Shown: positions 29,105 to 43,200 of the stretch, in pieces
How the letters are laid out: the number at the start of each line of letters is the position of its first letter
Position numbering within the stretch: position 1 is the stretch's first letter
NCBI GenBank assembly: GCA_964016885.1
Contig: OZ024740.1
Location: forward strand, 390,414,001 to 390,478,000
Direction: 5' to 3'
Origin: Eledone cirrhosa
Lineage: Eukaryota
Length of the DNA stretch: 64,000 nucleotides
The notes under the pieces: generated by a model
Seen by the model: only the letters and a program-made list of their open reading frames with translations
Databases searched by the model: none
Told to the model about the DNA's origin: nothing
Position numbers and translations under genes: made by a program

Positions 29105-29285
29105 GAATTGGCAGTATCGGTAGAGGGTCGGACACCATGCTTTCCAGCATAGTTACGTCCCTTTACGGTCTGAGTTCAAATCCCAACGAGGTTAACTTTG
29201 CCTTTCATCCTTACGGGGTCGATAAAATAAAGTACCAGCAATGCACTGGGTAATTGCTGGCCTTGTGCCAAAAGTAGAAACAATA
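29105..29285 (+). mobile_element. tRNA-derived SINE
   Basis: Family consensus. Confidence 0.85.
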
Positions 29286-29322
29286 TTTAATAGTAACCAC
29301 ACAGCGCCTTTGTTACTTTTTA

Positions 29323-29419
<97 letters not shown>

Positions 29420-29645
29420 ATAAGGAACGAGTTATCAATATAACATCATTATGTTTATTCACGTGTGATGCGTGTTTCGCGATCGATCAGCTCAAGGTAC
29501 GATCCTTAAGGAACCCAGGAGTCTAAAGAGCTATCGATTCCAGAGTCGAGCCCGATCGGTATTAATCAACCTTGAGCTGATCGATTGTGAAACGTGTGTC
29601 AAAATATAACAATGATTGTTATGTTAACAATCGCTGTTATATATA
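29420..29645. mobile_element. fold-back PLE-like terminal fragment
   Basis: Imperfect inverted repeat GTTTCGCGATCGATCAGCTCAAGG / CCTTGAGCTGATCGATTGTGAAAC with a GAAACGTGTGTC hammerhead-like 3' half; between TA runs. Confidence 0.55.
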
Positions 29646-29833
29646 TTTCGATGATAACTGTTAGGCAACAGTTACGTCCTCCTTAGACAGCTATTAGTTG
29701 AACAGAAAAAAACATGAAGAAGAAATAAAAATTACTCCTGCTGTTTCAATTCATTGATATGTCCCGGGCTGATCATTGGTGTTGCTTTCTCATATTCTAA
29801 CTTGCTGACTTGTACTTCATTATTATAGTATAA

Positions 29834-30027
29834 AGGGCGGTGGGTTGGCAGTATTGGTAGAGTGTCGGACGCCATGCTTTGCAGCATAGAGTTACGGCCC
29901 TTTATGATATGAGTTCAAATCTCGCGAGGTTAACTTTGCCTTTCATCCTTACGGGGTCGATAAAATAAAGCACCAGTAATACACTGGGGTAATTGCTGGC
30001 CTTGTTCCAAAAGTAGAAGCAATTATT
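29834..30027 (+). mobile_element. tRNA-derived SINE
   Basis: Family consensus. Confidence 0.85.
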
Positions 30028-30097
30028 GTAGTTATACTCCGAAGTAAGCAGACCTAGTTGTAAACTTCGTTGAGTGCTCTATTCTGCATACAATAGT

Positions 30098-30284
30098 TGT
30101 TTCTACTTTTGGCACAAGGCGAGCAATTACCCAGTGCATTACTGGTACTTTATTTTATCGACCCCGTAAGGATGAAAGGTAAAGTTAACCTCGGCGGGAT
30201 TTGAACTCAGAATGGAAAGGGCCGTAACTCTATGCGTCAAAGCACGGCGTCCGACCCTTTACCGATACTGCCAATCCACTACCC
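30098..30284 (-). mobile_element. full-length SINE with 16-bp TSD
   Basis: TSD TTCTGCATACAATAGT at 30082-30097 and 30285-30300. Confidence 0.92.
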
Positions 30285-30685
30285 TTCTGCATACAATAGT
30301 GTTGGTTGATTAACTAACATATTTTACCACCTATATTAGGCTACAAATTTCGATTATTTCTTGGGTGTTGTTTCATATTTCAAGTTGGTTAAAGATTCAC
30401 TCTCAGACTCGTCTCATTTTGTTAAACATTTCGATTAGTCGTTTTATTTTAAAGCTGTTTAAAACGTTTCGAGTTTGATCCATATGTTTTCGAGTTTGAT
30501 CCATAGTCAAAATTGTTGAAAACATAATACTCGAACACGCGTCGTGTTTACAGAAAATGTAGCATAGATGCTTATGTGTTTTGTATCAGAACGCGTTCTC
30601 TCTCAACAATCATGACATCATCTTCGCACATTTACTACTTTAGACCACTTTCACAAATTTCTTGAATTAGTGTTTAGAGTATAAT

Positions 30686-30872
30686 TTGTTCTACTTTTGG
30701 CACAAGGCCAGCAATTATCCCAGTGTATTACTGGTACTTTATTTTATCGACCCTGTAAGGATGAAAGGCAAAGTTAACCTCGACGGGATTTGAACTCAGA
30801 CCGTAAAGTGATGTAACTATGCTGGAAAGCATGGCGTCCGACCCTCTACCGATACTGCCAATTCACAGCCCT
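30686..30872 (-). mobile_element. full-length SINE with 16-bp TSD
   Basis: TSD GTGTTTAGAGTATAAT at 30670-30685 and 30873-30888. Confidence 0.92.
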
Positions 30873-31650
30873 GTGTTTAGAGTATAATATTATAATACTA
30901 GTTTATAGTAAAATTTCTTAGCCATTCATCTAGAATTTTGATCAAATTCATCGGGTTTATTATCATTGAAATATATATGTTAACTCCTTTTCAGGAATTA
31001 CAAGTAATTTTGCCCCGTGGCCAGTAAAACAGGGATTAGAGACAGAAAAAAAGATTCCAGAATATGAAACAAACAGTCACAGTCTAGCATCAAACAGAAA
31101 TTACCTAAAGTCATTTGTCATGATAAATGTCTCTTATTAATTAGTTTACCATTAATTAATTTCTTCCTTAATCTGACATTAGTTAAAATACTTTGATAGA
31201 AAACTATTTGATGTTCTGTTTTACTAGACGTGTAGTTGAATATTAAACCCCATCTGATTATAATTGCTTGAGCAGACCTATAAGCATAAATGTAATGAAT
31301 CAAACGCTTGGAAACAATTAGCGACTCTACCTGGAGCAACTCTCTGATCTTCGAGCCACGCACTCTATGGGGAACGTTGCTCCAAAAGCCCTTCGGAGGA
31401 ACCCCATTTCGACAGCTTGTATTCACATATTCTTTCGGTTATTATATGAAACTGTTGCTATTATTTGTTTCTACGTGGCTGCTCAACTGTTAAATATAAC
31501 AACTAAATTCCTTCATGCCAAAGTAAACAAATGAAAATTCACTGTGTAGTCCATGATGCATAAAAAGAACTGACGGTCATGGCCGGAATATTTTAACTCA
31601 TAGTACTGCTGAGTTAAGTTAAACAACAGCACTAGTAACATTAGTACTTA

Positions 31651-32018
31651 TTAGAGGGTACACTTAAATGTTAATCAGAGAGGAAGACGACTTCGTGTGG
31701 GTATGAAATTTGAGTTACCCGGGCCGATGTACCAGTTTCTACGATTCCGATCTACCGGCGGTGGTCTGAATGGAATCACCATATACAAAAATCAGGTAAT
31801 ATTAGTATGCATTACATAATTAGACAGGAACCGCGTCGTCAGCGAGAATTTGCCTCCCTGGACTGGAAAGTTCCGTATGACTAGCTAGTACACCATGTTA
31901 GTGGACGCAAGTGATTTAGTAGTAATCCTTAAACGTTTTGTGACGCGTGACGTCACATCAAAGGAGAAGTAAGCCAGGCGTGACCAATTTACAGGGAACC
32001 CGTGCTGGCATTGGTTCA

Positions 32019-32049
<31 letters not shown>

Positions 32050-32437
32050 TGATCATATCAGAAGCACTTTACGAGGATGTTTAGGTAGATAAAACGCAGA
32101 CCAGCAAACAAATAAATCCAACTAAAATAAACAAGGGGAGAAACTTACAATTTGAATGCAGGTTAGTCTCCTGGGAGTCAGAAATAATTATGGAACGTAG
32201 CTTATCGAATAGAATGGACACAGTTTCGGTCGTTTCCTCATTCACTCAATAATTTAATTAAGTCCGACTTATTAAAATTCGAACCTAACCGATTAGAGCG
32301 TACATTTAAACGTTAATCATTGAGGGAGACCACTTGCGTGGGTAGGAAGTTTGAGTTACCCAGACCGATGCACCAGTTTCTACGATATATATATCGTAGA
32401 AACTGGTGCATCGGTCTGGGTAACTCTCAAACTTCCT
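31651..32437 (-). mobile_element. retrozyme-like element: ~642-bp monomer, partial second unit and terminal inversion
   Basis: 31651-31745 recurs, diverged, at 32293-32385. It ends in a near-perfect palindrome at 32344-32437. Confidence 0.6.
31717..31848 (-). ncRNA. extended-stem-II hammerhead ribozyme; this copy has U16.1->C
   Basis: Minus strand: CTCG CTGACGA C GCGGTTCC [78 nt] GGAATCGT A GAA ACTGG TACA TCGGC C^CGGG. The partial copies at ~32360-32425 keep GUC. Confidence 0.6.
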
Positions 32438-32489
<52 letters not shown>

Positions 32490-32779
32490 GAGATATCCAC
32501 GGTAAGTTGTGGGGTCTAGTCAGCATGAAGAACTCAATGTAATCCATATGTTGAAAATGTTGTAGGTTAAAATAAATCCCGGAAGACAATAAAACATTAA
32601 AAGGAAAACAGAGTCATGATATAAGTTAAAACAATGAAATAAAAAATAAAGTCATTAGAAATATTTCATTTTTTTAAATTTCATTTTTTATTTCATTTTT
32701 TTATTCTTTTTATTTCATTTTATTATTTTTTTTATTTCATTGTTTTAACTTATATATATATATATATATATGAATAAAT

Positions 32780-33165
32780 TTAGTCCTTCATCAGTGATCT
32801 TCCAGCCTTCATTGGTATTTCATCGCTTTAAAGACCATCCATAAACCTCCGGTTGGTGCGAGCAACGGCTAAAGAAAGTAAATAGAAAGACACGTAAATA
32901 GGGGGAACGAGCAAGACAGTAAACAATCAAAGATGGTAATGCAACGAAAAGTGAGGAAGAAGGAGTCAAGTCCCTGAAATCGATGAACATAAGTTCTGTG
33001 AAATCGTGGACGAGAGAGAATAAAGACCATCCAACCTGGTCGAAATGTGAGTAAGGAAAGAATTTCGCACAGATCAAACGGGAGGAAGAAGGAGTCAAGT
33101 CCCTGAAATCGATGAACATAAGTTCTGTGAAATCGTAGGAGAGAACTTATGTTCATCGATTTCAG
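32780..33165. repeat. PLE-like fragment with a ~55-bp direct repeat and short terminal inversion
   Basis: ~32953-33006 repeats at ~33083-33136; inverted at 33142-33165. A truncated minus-strand CTGATGAAGGAC lies at ~32785-32793. Confidence 0.45.
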
Positions 33166-34320
33166 TTACGGCTCTTTGCGTTCTGAGTTCAAATCCCGCC
33201 GAGGTTAGTTTTGCCTTTTATCCTTACGGATTCGAAAAAAAAAGACCAGTACGTACTGGGGTAGATTTAAAGTCCCCCCCCCCCCAATAAAAAAATTATT
33301 GACTTTGTGCCTAAATTAGAGACCATTACTTCTTTTCTTCCTTTATATATTTCCCTCTCATCAAAATCTGACACCATCCTGTCCCTTCATTTACAAGCGT
33401 TTTCTCTCTCCATACTTCGATAACGCATTCTTGGGTCTCCAATAATCATTCCCCTCCACACTTATTAATTTTTCAGACCCCCCCCCCCCCCCCCCCTTCC
33501 CCTGCTCTTATTCTAATCTATCTCTGGCAAAATGTTGTTTTAAGTGGTAGCATTTCTGCGACACTTAATTTTCTTTATACATTTAAAAAACACTTTATAC
33601 ATGACAAGCAGTGTCGGTAGAGGGTCGGACGCCATGCTTTCCAGCATAGTTACGCCCCTTTACGGTCTGAGTTCAATCCCGCCGAGGTTATCTTTGCCTT
33701 TCATCCTTACGGGGTTGATAAAATAAAGTACCAGTAATACACTGGGATAATTGCTGTCCTTGTGCCAAAAGTAGAACAAATTATTAGAAATCCATACGTT
33801 ATAAAATAAATAGGATGGGCTGGAGGTCTCAATATGTAAACTAAACGACTAATTCTGGTTTTTAAAAAATGAACGGAGACAACCTAGAAAAATTACCAAT
33901 TTTCAAAAATCTCCCCCGCCTCGCTTATTCCAACACTACCGTTTACTTCAAATCCCATTCCTCCCTCTTATTCGAACCCCCGCCCCGCTTATTCCGACGC
34001 TACCGTTTACTCCAAATCCCCTCCCTCCCTCTTATTCCAACCCCCGCCCCGCTTATTCCAAGCCCCTTATTATTTGGGACCTGAGAATACAGAAATGTAT
34101 CCATCTCTCCATCGCTCTCTTTCTAGCTTGTCTATTTGGCGGTTTGGCTGTATCGGTAGAGCGTCAGACACCAGGCTTTGCAGCATAGAGTTATGGCCCT
34201 TTGCGTTCTGAGTTCAAATCCGCCGAGGTTAACTTTGCCTTTCATCCTTACGAGGTCGATAAAATAAAGTACCAGTGATGCACTGGAGTATTCGCTGGCC
34301 TTCTGCCAAAAGTAGAAACT
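33165..34320 (+). mobile_element. three SINE copies (~33165-33330, ~33610-33785, ~34138-34320)
   Basis: Each matches the family consensus. Confidence 0.8.
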
Positions 34321-34527
34321 CTATTTTCTCACTCTGTACACCTCAATTATTTTATCGTGTTACCTCTCTAATACCCGCCCCTTCTTTACCTCTTTTCTCT
34401 TCTATTCACGCTATCACTTCCTCTTTCTCTCATTCTCTTACTCCTCTCTATATATCACTATCTGTTCACCTGACTGCCCGCCTAGATCAGTTGCTGGGTG
34501 ACTGTTGGCCATTTCTTTTTCTTTCTA

Positions 34528-34602
<75 letters not shown>

Positions 34603-34722
34603 TCTCTCTCTCTATGTCTTCCCCAAATCAGTCAACCGTTCATCTATCTATTTATCCTTCATGTTCATATTTATATATAACACATTCTTCCTTTCTCTTC
34701 CGGCTGTATCAGCACAGACACT

Positions 34723-34796
<74 letters not shown>

Positions 34797-35018
34797 TCTA
34801 CAAACATACATCATAAATGAAAGAGAGAAACTAGGAGAAAAAAGAAAGAAAAAATCCTAGAAAAAGGACACGTGACTTGACCTTTTATATTAGTGATAAG
34901 TATACAATGAAAATTACGTAATAGACCACAGAGCGTATGAATAGATTAGCCCCACACAAGTACATGATTTTGTCTTCGTTTTACATGTGTGTGTGAGTGA
35001 GTGTGTGTGTGTGTGTGT

Positions 35019-35067
<49 letters not shown>

Positions 35068-35546
35068 CGCGCGCGCGCGCCGCAGCCAACGTGTTGCAGC
35101 ACTTGTGACAAGTAAGTGGAAGCATACGAATAAACTAACGACAATTGTTCATATTTTTCATAATGTACGGAATATGTTACAAACATTCCCAGGACAACAA
35201 GCCACTATATAGCACAGTACTCCTACGTAACGTTTACAATTATGGTCATCCATACTTTTTCCGTTGTTGACCAGTTATAACATCGTATTTTTCGTCCTAG
35301 TAACTCCCTACTTTCATTTCTGACAAATATTTCTTTCTCGTATGTAACGTAAATGCCTAACTATAGTATGTATGTATGTATGTATGTATGTATGTATGTA
35401 TGTATGTATGTATGTATGTATATGTATGTATGTATGTATGTACGTATAGTAAAGAGCTGTGCAATGTACTTAGTAATCTAATTTCGCAGCACACACGCAC
35501 ATACAGACGAACACACACAAAGACGCACGCACACACTCACAGACAC

Positions 35547-35664
<118 letters not shown>

Positions 35665-35749
35665 AAAAATTGAACGGGAACAAAACAGAGAGGCAGTACG
35701 AACAAAGGTTTATTAGTTTCACGCGCTTGAGAGTGGAGTGGTGGTGGGG

Positions 35750-35783
35750 AACGACGTTTCGGGCATAAGCCCTTCTTCAGGTG
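35750..35783 (-). ncRNA. minimal hammerhead ribozyme with weak stem I
   Basis: Minus strand: AC CTGAAGA A GGGC TTAT GCCC GAA ACGT C^GT. Confidence 0.6.
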
Positions 35784-37309
35784 AAAAGTGTGTGGAAAGA
35801 GAGTTCCAAGGGTGTGTAGGGGAGTGGTGGAGAGACGTATAGAAAAAAGGGGGTGAGAGGAAACGGTACAAATGAAATTAAATATAAAAGCATGATAAAA
35901 ATAAAAATAAAAATACACATGATGTAAAACAGGTGGTGGAAGGGTGTGGGCGTGTAGGGGTGATGGCGGGTGGAGTGGGGAGAGGGAGGCGGGGTGTCGG
36001 AGCGGGGACGGCTGAAGGTGGTGTGTGTGTGTAGGTGTACGTGTGTGTGTGTATGTGAAAGTAAGAGTTGGGGGAAGAACGGGGTTGCATGTTCAGGAAG
36101 AGGTGTGTGTGGGGTGGGGTGTAGGTCGGAGTGTGTGTGCGTGTGTGAATAGAGGGGTGGGGGGAGAGGATTCCGGAGGCTGAATGTGTAAATATGTGGT
36201 GGTACGCACGTGTGTGTGTGGTGTTTATGCGTGTTGTGGATGTAGGTGGCATGTGGGGAAAAAAAATTTGTTTTGGGTGTATGTCAGTGGGTGAGTCCTT
36301 AAGGTAGTTCCGTAGACGATGTGGTGGAATGCTGAGTATTATCCTTGGGATGTGGTGGATTCTAGGGATCGATGTTCACATATGTGTAATCCGTGAAGAG
36401 ATTGGTCGGAAGAGGGGAGATGTGGGGTGCGCGCGCAACAAGAAGTGGTCAGAGGGTCAAGGCAGGAGGAGGGTTGTGTGTCTGTGTGTGCGGGGAGGTG
36501 GTCAGAGATAAGGGCATAGCAGCAGTAGGGTAGAATGGTAAGTGAAGAAAGTCGGTGTGTCAGTGTGTGCGGAGGTGCGGTGGACAGGGGAGAGGATGGG
36601 TAGGTGTGAAAGTTGGAGTAAGGAGGGGGGGTGTGTGTATTAGTAGAGGTGTTAGTGGGATGTGTGTGTGTGTGAGAAAGGGTGTGGGTGGAGCGGGGAG
36701 AGAAGGGTGTGGGGGCCGATGGAGGGAGTGTAGTGTACTGGTGTGTGTGTGCGTGTTTGGATGAGTGTGTGTGTGGTGAAGGGGGTGTTAGTGGGTGTTA
36801 GTAAACTGGAGGTGGAGAAAGGGTTGAATGCGAGTGTGAGTGGGGGTCAGTGGTGGTAGGGTGTGTAGAGTGGGTGGTGTAAGAGGGTGTGTGTGTTCGT
36901 GTGCGTAGGGTTGGAGGGTGTTAGTGATGTTAGTTGCGTGTAGAGTGGGTGGTGTAAGTGGGTGTGTGTGTTCGTGTGCTTGGGGTCGGGGGTGTTAGTG
37001 ATGTTAGTTGCGGGGTGGTGGGGTGGATGTGTGGGGGTGAGGGTTAGTGGTGGTAGTAGGGTGTGTGTTTAGTGTGAGCGCATGTATATATGTACCGGTG
37101 GGTGTGCGCGTGTGATAAGGAGGGGGGGAGAAGAAGGGAGGGTTGTTAGTATGTTAGTTGGGGAAGGGTGGTCGGGTGTGGGGTGGAGGTGTTAGTATTG
37201 TTAGTTGTGAGGTGGGCGGTGAAAAGGAGGGGTGTGTTAGTGGTGTTAGTGGGGGATATGTGTGGGGGGAGGGGGGCGGTCGAAGGCTAAAGGAATAAGG
37301 GTGGGGAGT

Positions 37310-37675
37310 TCAGGCCGGGGGGAGTGTGGGTCTGTAGGGTGAAGATGGCTCGTTGTTCGACCCTGAGGAGAGTGGCGGGTGTTCCGCGGCATTGGAGTAG
37401 GCCACAGACTGTGAGGTGGTGTGCGGAATGTCCAGGGGCACCAAAGTGGCGGGCGATGGGGGAACTACCACCGAGACGAATATATCGGAGGTGTTCAGTA
37501 AACCTGTCCGCCAGGCGACGTCCAGTCTGTCCGACGAAGTCCGTAAACTAGGTTGGAGGAGGTGCAGCGGAAGGCATGCCGGACAGAGAGAGAGTGGCCG
37601 TTGGGACCCTGGAAGGTGGTGGTGTTGGTGATGTGGGGACAGGTGTTGCAGCGGGGCCTGGAACAGGGAAGGAAA
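37310..37675 (-). pseudogene. Penelope-type GIY-YIG endonuclease remnant, frameshifted and deleted
   Basis: PCSRPRCNTCPHI...FRCTSSNLVYG, then in another frame FVGQTGRRLADRFTEHLRYIRLGGSSPIARHF...EQRAIFTLQTHTPPGLN. Confidence 0.85.
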
Positions 37676-37739
37676 ACGCACACGCACATACAGACGAACA
37701 CACACAAAGACGCACGCACACACTCACAGACACACACGC

Positions 37740-38893
<1,154 letters not shown>

Positions 38894-38924
38894 AAAGAAT
38901 AGAGGTGTAACACACAAGTTATGA

Positions 38925-39481
38925 TATATTGGTAAACGGAATAGAAAATGCTGACAAATTGTTCACAGTGAAAAATAGTTTAATTAGGAATAAGTGAGAA
39001 TTAGTAATAGTATTGGTTAGTATTCATTTTTGGTTTTAAGTTTTACCGGTTGCGCATTTCTAATGCTTTTCAAAAATAATTTTGAGATAGCGCGTCCGTG
39101 ATGTTTGCTCTGATCTGATTAGTTTTGGGAATTCTACCTGTTTTTATGTTAAAAAAGTGGCTCCAGCGGTATTAAAATAAGTTTTGCGCCAATTCGTGTT
39201 GCAAAAATTCTTGTGGTCAAAACAATTTTGATTGGTCGGTAGAGGTCATGTGAATGTAAAAAATTGATTTTGCGCCAAATGTAGGTTTGTGTCGGCTGAC
39301 CGAGAAATAAGTCTTTCACAACAAATATGTGTGTGTGTGTGTGTGTGTGTGTAGTAGTAGTAAAGATGTTCGTTGTTGTGATAATGGTCAGCAGGGATGT
39401 GTGTGCGAACCGCAACCTGTTGACAGTTCAAATGCCTATTAAGACAAGTGTGTGTGTGTGTGTGTGTGTCTGTGTGTGTGT

Positions 39482-39557
<76 letters not shown>

Positions 39558-39716
39558 CAGAGTAATTCGTGGTAGAGGGATGGTCAGTAGGAATGTGTCT
39601 GTGTAAGTGTGTGGGGGATATTTTTTGTGAAAGACTTATTTCTCACTTATTCCTAATTAAACTATTTTCACTGTGAACAATTTGTCAGCATTTTCTATTC
39701 CGTTTACCAATATATA
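38925..39716. mobile_element. element bounded by ~75-bp inverted repeats in a TA context
   Basis: 38925-39000 is the inverse of ~39641-39716; 39302-39328 is the inverse of 39618-39645. Confidence 0.6.
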
Positions 39717-39807
39717 TATATTAGGTTATGCGAGAAATGCTTAGGATTATCCTGAATGCACACGGAATAAATTACCTTTTTATGATGTCTACCTGTTATT
39801 ATTCATT

Positions 39808-39864
<57 letters not shown>

Positions 39865-40275
39865 TAACATTCTCGGTATTTTTCTATATATTTACCCCAT
39901 ATTGTTTTACTTATTGTTTCGACTTCCTCCCCCTCCCTAGTATACTTCCTTGACTTCCTGCCCTGCTGTAGTTGGCACTATCAACGCACGACTGGGTTTC
40001 CTCCACCCCCTCTTCCTTTTTCTTCTACTGGCAGGTTCAACTACCCCCCCCCCCCCCCTTCCACAAATTGCCATGATAGAATTATGTGTCTCAACAACAA
40101 ACTTTTGACCAATCCTTGTGACAATCACTTTTACCATATATGGAATTACCCCCTGAGAAGCTCGGCTATTCATATAACAGGATAAACATTTTCATTTAGT
40201 CCAGAATTAGCCGTCGAAACGGCTTGAGCTCAGCCGTCGGGGTCCTACTCGTTCCTATATATATATATATATATA

Positions 40276-43200
40276 TTAGAAAGATCGAGTATCGAAAAAT
40301 CGGCGCACGAGTTAACGAAAAACGAAATCCGATATGAGCGGCAGAGGGCTCAATAATTCAGATGAATCAGAGCTATAACTATCGTTAAAATACCGTCACA
40401 TATAGAACAAGTCTACAATCAACCATACGATTTAAAATCGATAAAGGAAGATTCGGGCCAAACAGATAAAAAATATCAATAAAACAATACGTCAATAATT
40501 TAAATGAATGTAAAATCATACCCGGACCCACTAGAAAGGTGTTAAATCTAGCTTCATGGGTTTCTGTAAATCCTTAGACAGTACTCTATCAGCTCACATA
40601 TAAATATAAAAGCCTACTAGAATAAGTGGAATGGAGTTTACGTTGTCAACGAGTTTTATCCTGGCGGCAAAGGAGTCAACTAGCGGTGAAAAACGCACAT
40701 GGCATTAGACAAGGGAGATGACCCCTATATCCGCGAAAATAATTCGAGTGAATGTGGAAATACACATATCGAATTAGAGTGCTCAATAGACATGTTAAAA
40801 TAAAACAAAAGCTATTCATCACTCAATAGAATCGACAAAATATGAGCAATAAAATTAACTGGTGGATAGCTATGTCCAGAGCTAAATATATTAGAAAGAT
40901 CGAGTATCGAAAAATCGGCGCACGAGTTAACGAAAAACGAAATCCGATATGAGCGGCAGAGGGCTCAATAATTCAGATGAATCAGAGCTATAACTATCGT
41001 TAAAATACCGTCACATATAGAACAAGTCTACAATCAACCATACGATTTAAAATCGATAAAGGAAGATTCGGGCCAAACAGATAAAAAATATCAATAAAAC
41101 AATACGTCAATAATTTAAATGAATGTAAAATCATACCCGGACCCACTAGAAAGGTGTTAAATCTAGCTTCATGGGTTTCTGTAAATCCTTAGACAGTACT
41201 CTATCAGCTCACATATAAATATAAAAGCCTACTAGAATAAGTGGAATGGAGTTTACGTTGTCAACGAGTTTTATCCTGGCGGCAAAGGAGTCAACTAGCG
41301 GTGAAAAACGCACATGGCATTAGACAAGGGAGATGACCCCTATATCCGCGAAAATAATTCGAGTGAATGTGGAAATACACATATCGAATTAGAGTGCTCA
41401 ATAGACATGTTAAAATAAAACAAAAGCTATTCATCACTCAATAGAATCGACAAAATATGAGCAATAAAATTAACTGGTGGATAGCTATGTCCAGAGCTAA
41501 ATATATTAGAAAGATCGAGTATCGAAAAATCGGCGCACGAGTTAACGAAAAACGAAATCCGATATGAGCGGCAGAGGGCTCAATAATTCAGATGAATCAG
41601 AGCTATAACTATCGTTAAAATACCGTCACATATAGAACAAGTCTACAATCAACCATACGGTTTAAAATCGATAAAGGAAGATTCGGGCCAAACAGATAAA
41701 AAATATCAATAAAACAATACGTCAATAATTTAAATGAATGTAAAATCATACCCGGACCCACTAGAAAGGTGTTAAATCTAGCTTCATGGGTTTCTGTAAA
41801 TCCTTAGACAGTACTCTATCAGCTCACATATAAATATAAAAGCCTACTAGAATAAGTGGAATGGAGTTTACGTTGTCAACGAGTTTTATCCTGGCGGCAA
41901 AGGAGTCAACTAGCGGTGAAAAACGCACATGGCATTAGACAAGGGAGATGACCCCTATATCCGCGAAAATAATTCGAGTGAATGTGGAAATACACATATC
42001 GAATTAGAGTGCTCAATAGACATGTTAAAATAAAACAAAAGCTATTCATCACTCAATAGAATCGACAAAATATGAGCAATAAAATTAACTGGTGGATAGC
42101 TATGTCCAGAGCTAAATATATTAGAAAGATCGAGTATCGAAAAATCGGCGCACGAGTTAACGAAAAACGAAATCCGATATGAGCGGCAGAGGGCTCAATA
42201 ATTCAGATGAATCAGAGCTATAACTATCGTTAAAATACCGTCACATATAGAACAAGTCTACAATCAACCATACGATTTAAAATCGATAAAGGAAGATTCG
42301 GGCCAAACAGATAAAAAATATCAATAAAACAATACGTCAATAATTTAAATGAATGTAAAATCATACCCGGACCCACTAGAAAGGTGTTAAATCTAGCTTC
42401 ATGGGTTTCTGTAAATCCTTAGACAGTACTCTATCAGCTCACATATAAATATAAAAGCCTACTAGAATAAGTGGAATGGAGTTTACGTTGTCAACGAGTT
42501 TTATCCTGGCGGCAAAGGAGTCAACTAGCGGTGAAAAACGCACATGGCATTAGACAAGGGAGATGACCCCTATATCCGCGAAAATAATTCGAGTGAATGT
42601 GGAAATACACATATCGAATTAGAGTGCTCAATAGACATGTTAAAATAAAACAAAAGCTATTCATCACTCAATAGAATCGACAAAATATGAGCAATAAAAT
42701 TAACTGGTGGATAGCTATGTCCAGAGCTAAATATATTAGAAAGATCGAGTATCGAAAAATCGGCGCACGAGTTAACGAAAAACGAAATCCGATATGAGCG
42801 GCAGAGGGCTCAATAATTCAGATGAATCAGAGCTATAACTATCGTTAAAATACCGTCACATATAGAACAAGTCTACAATCAACCATACGATTTAAAATCG
42901 ATAAAGGAAGATTCGGGCCAAACAGATAAAAAATATCAATAAAACAATACGTCAATAATTTAAATGAATGTAAAATCATACCCGGACCCACTAGAAAGGT
43001 GTTAAATCTAGCTTCATGGGTTTCTGTAAATCCTTAGACAGTACTCTATCAGCTCACATATAAATATAAAAGCCTACTAGAATAAGTGGAATGGAGTTTA
43101 CGTTGTCAACGAGTTTTATCCTGGCGGCAAAGGAGTCAACTAGCGGTGAAAAACGCACATGGCATTAGACAAGGGAGATGACCCCTATATCCGCGAAAAT

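Noticed and set aside
31940-31965. CRE (TGACGTCA) next to a TCF-like ATCAAAG site; other TGACGTCA at ~17537, ~17674 and ~52748
   Set aside because: Short motifs with no linked gene. This one lies inside a repeat monomer, so function cannot be supported.
39302-39650. GAAA plus long stem as a hammerhead stem III
   Set aside because: Explained by the inverted repeat; no CUGANGA-like core in register.
40585-40592. CTGATAGA on the minus strand as the hammerhead core of the 615-bp unit
   Set aside because: It has an extra base and gives no good stem I or II. The upstream TTGACAA register gives all three stems and aligns with CTGACGA in the 31.8k relative.
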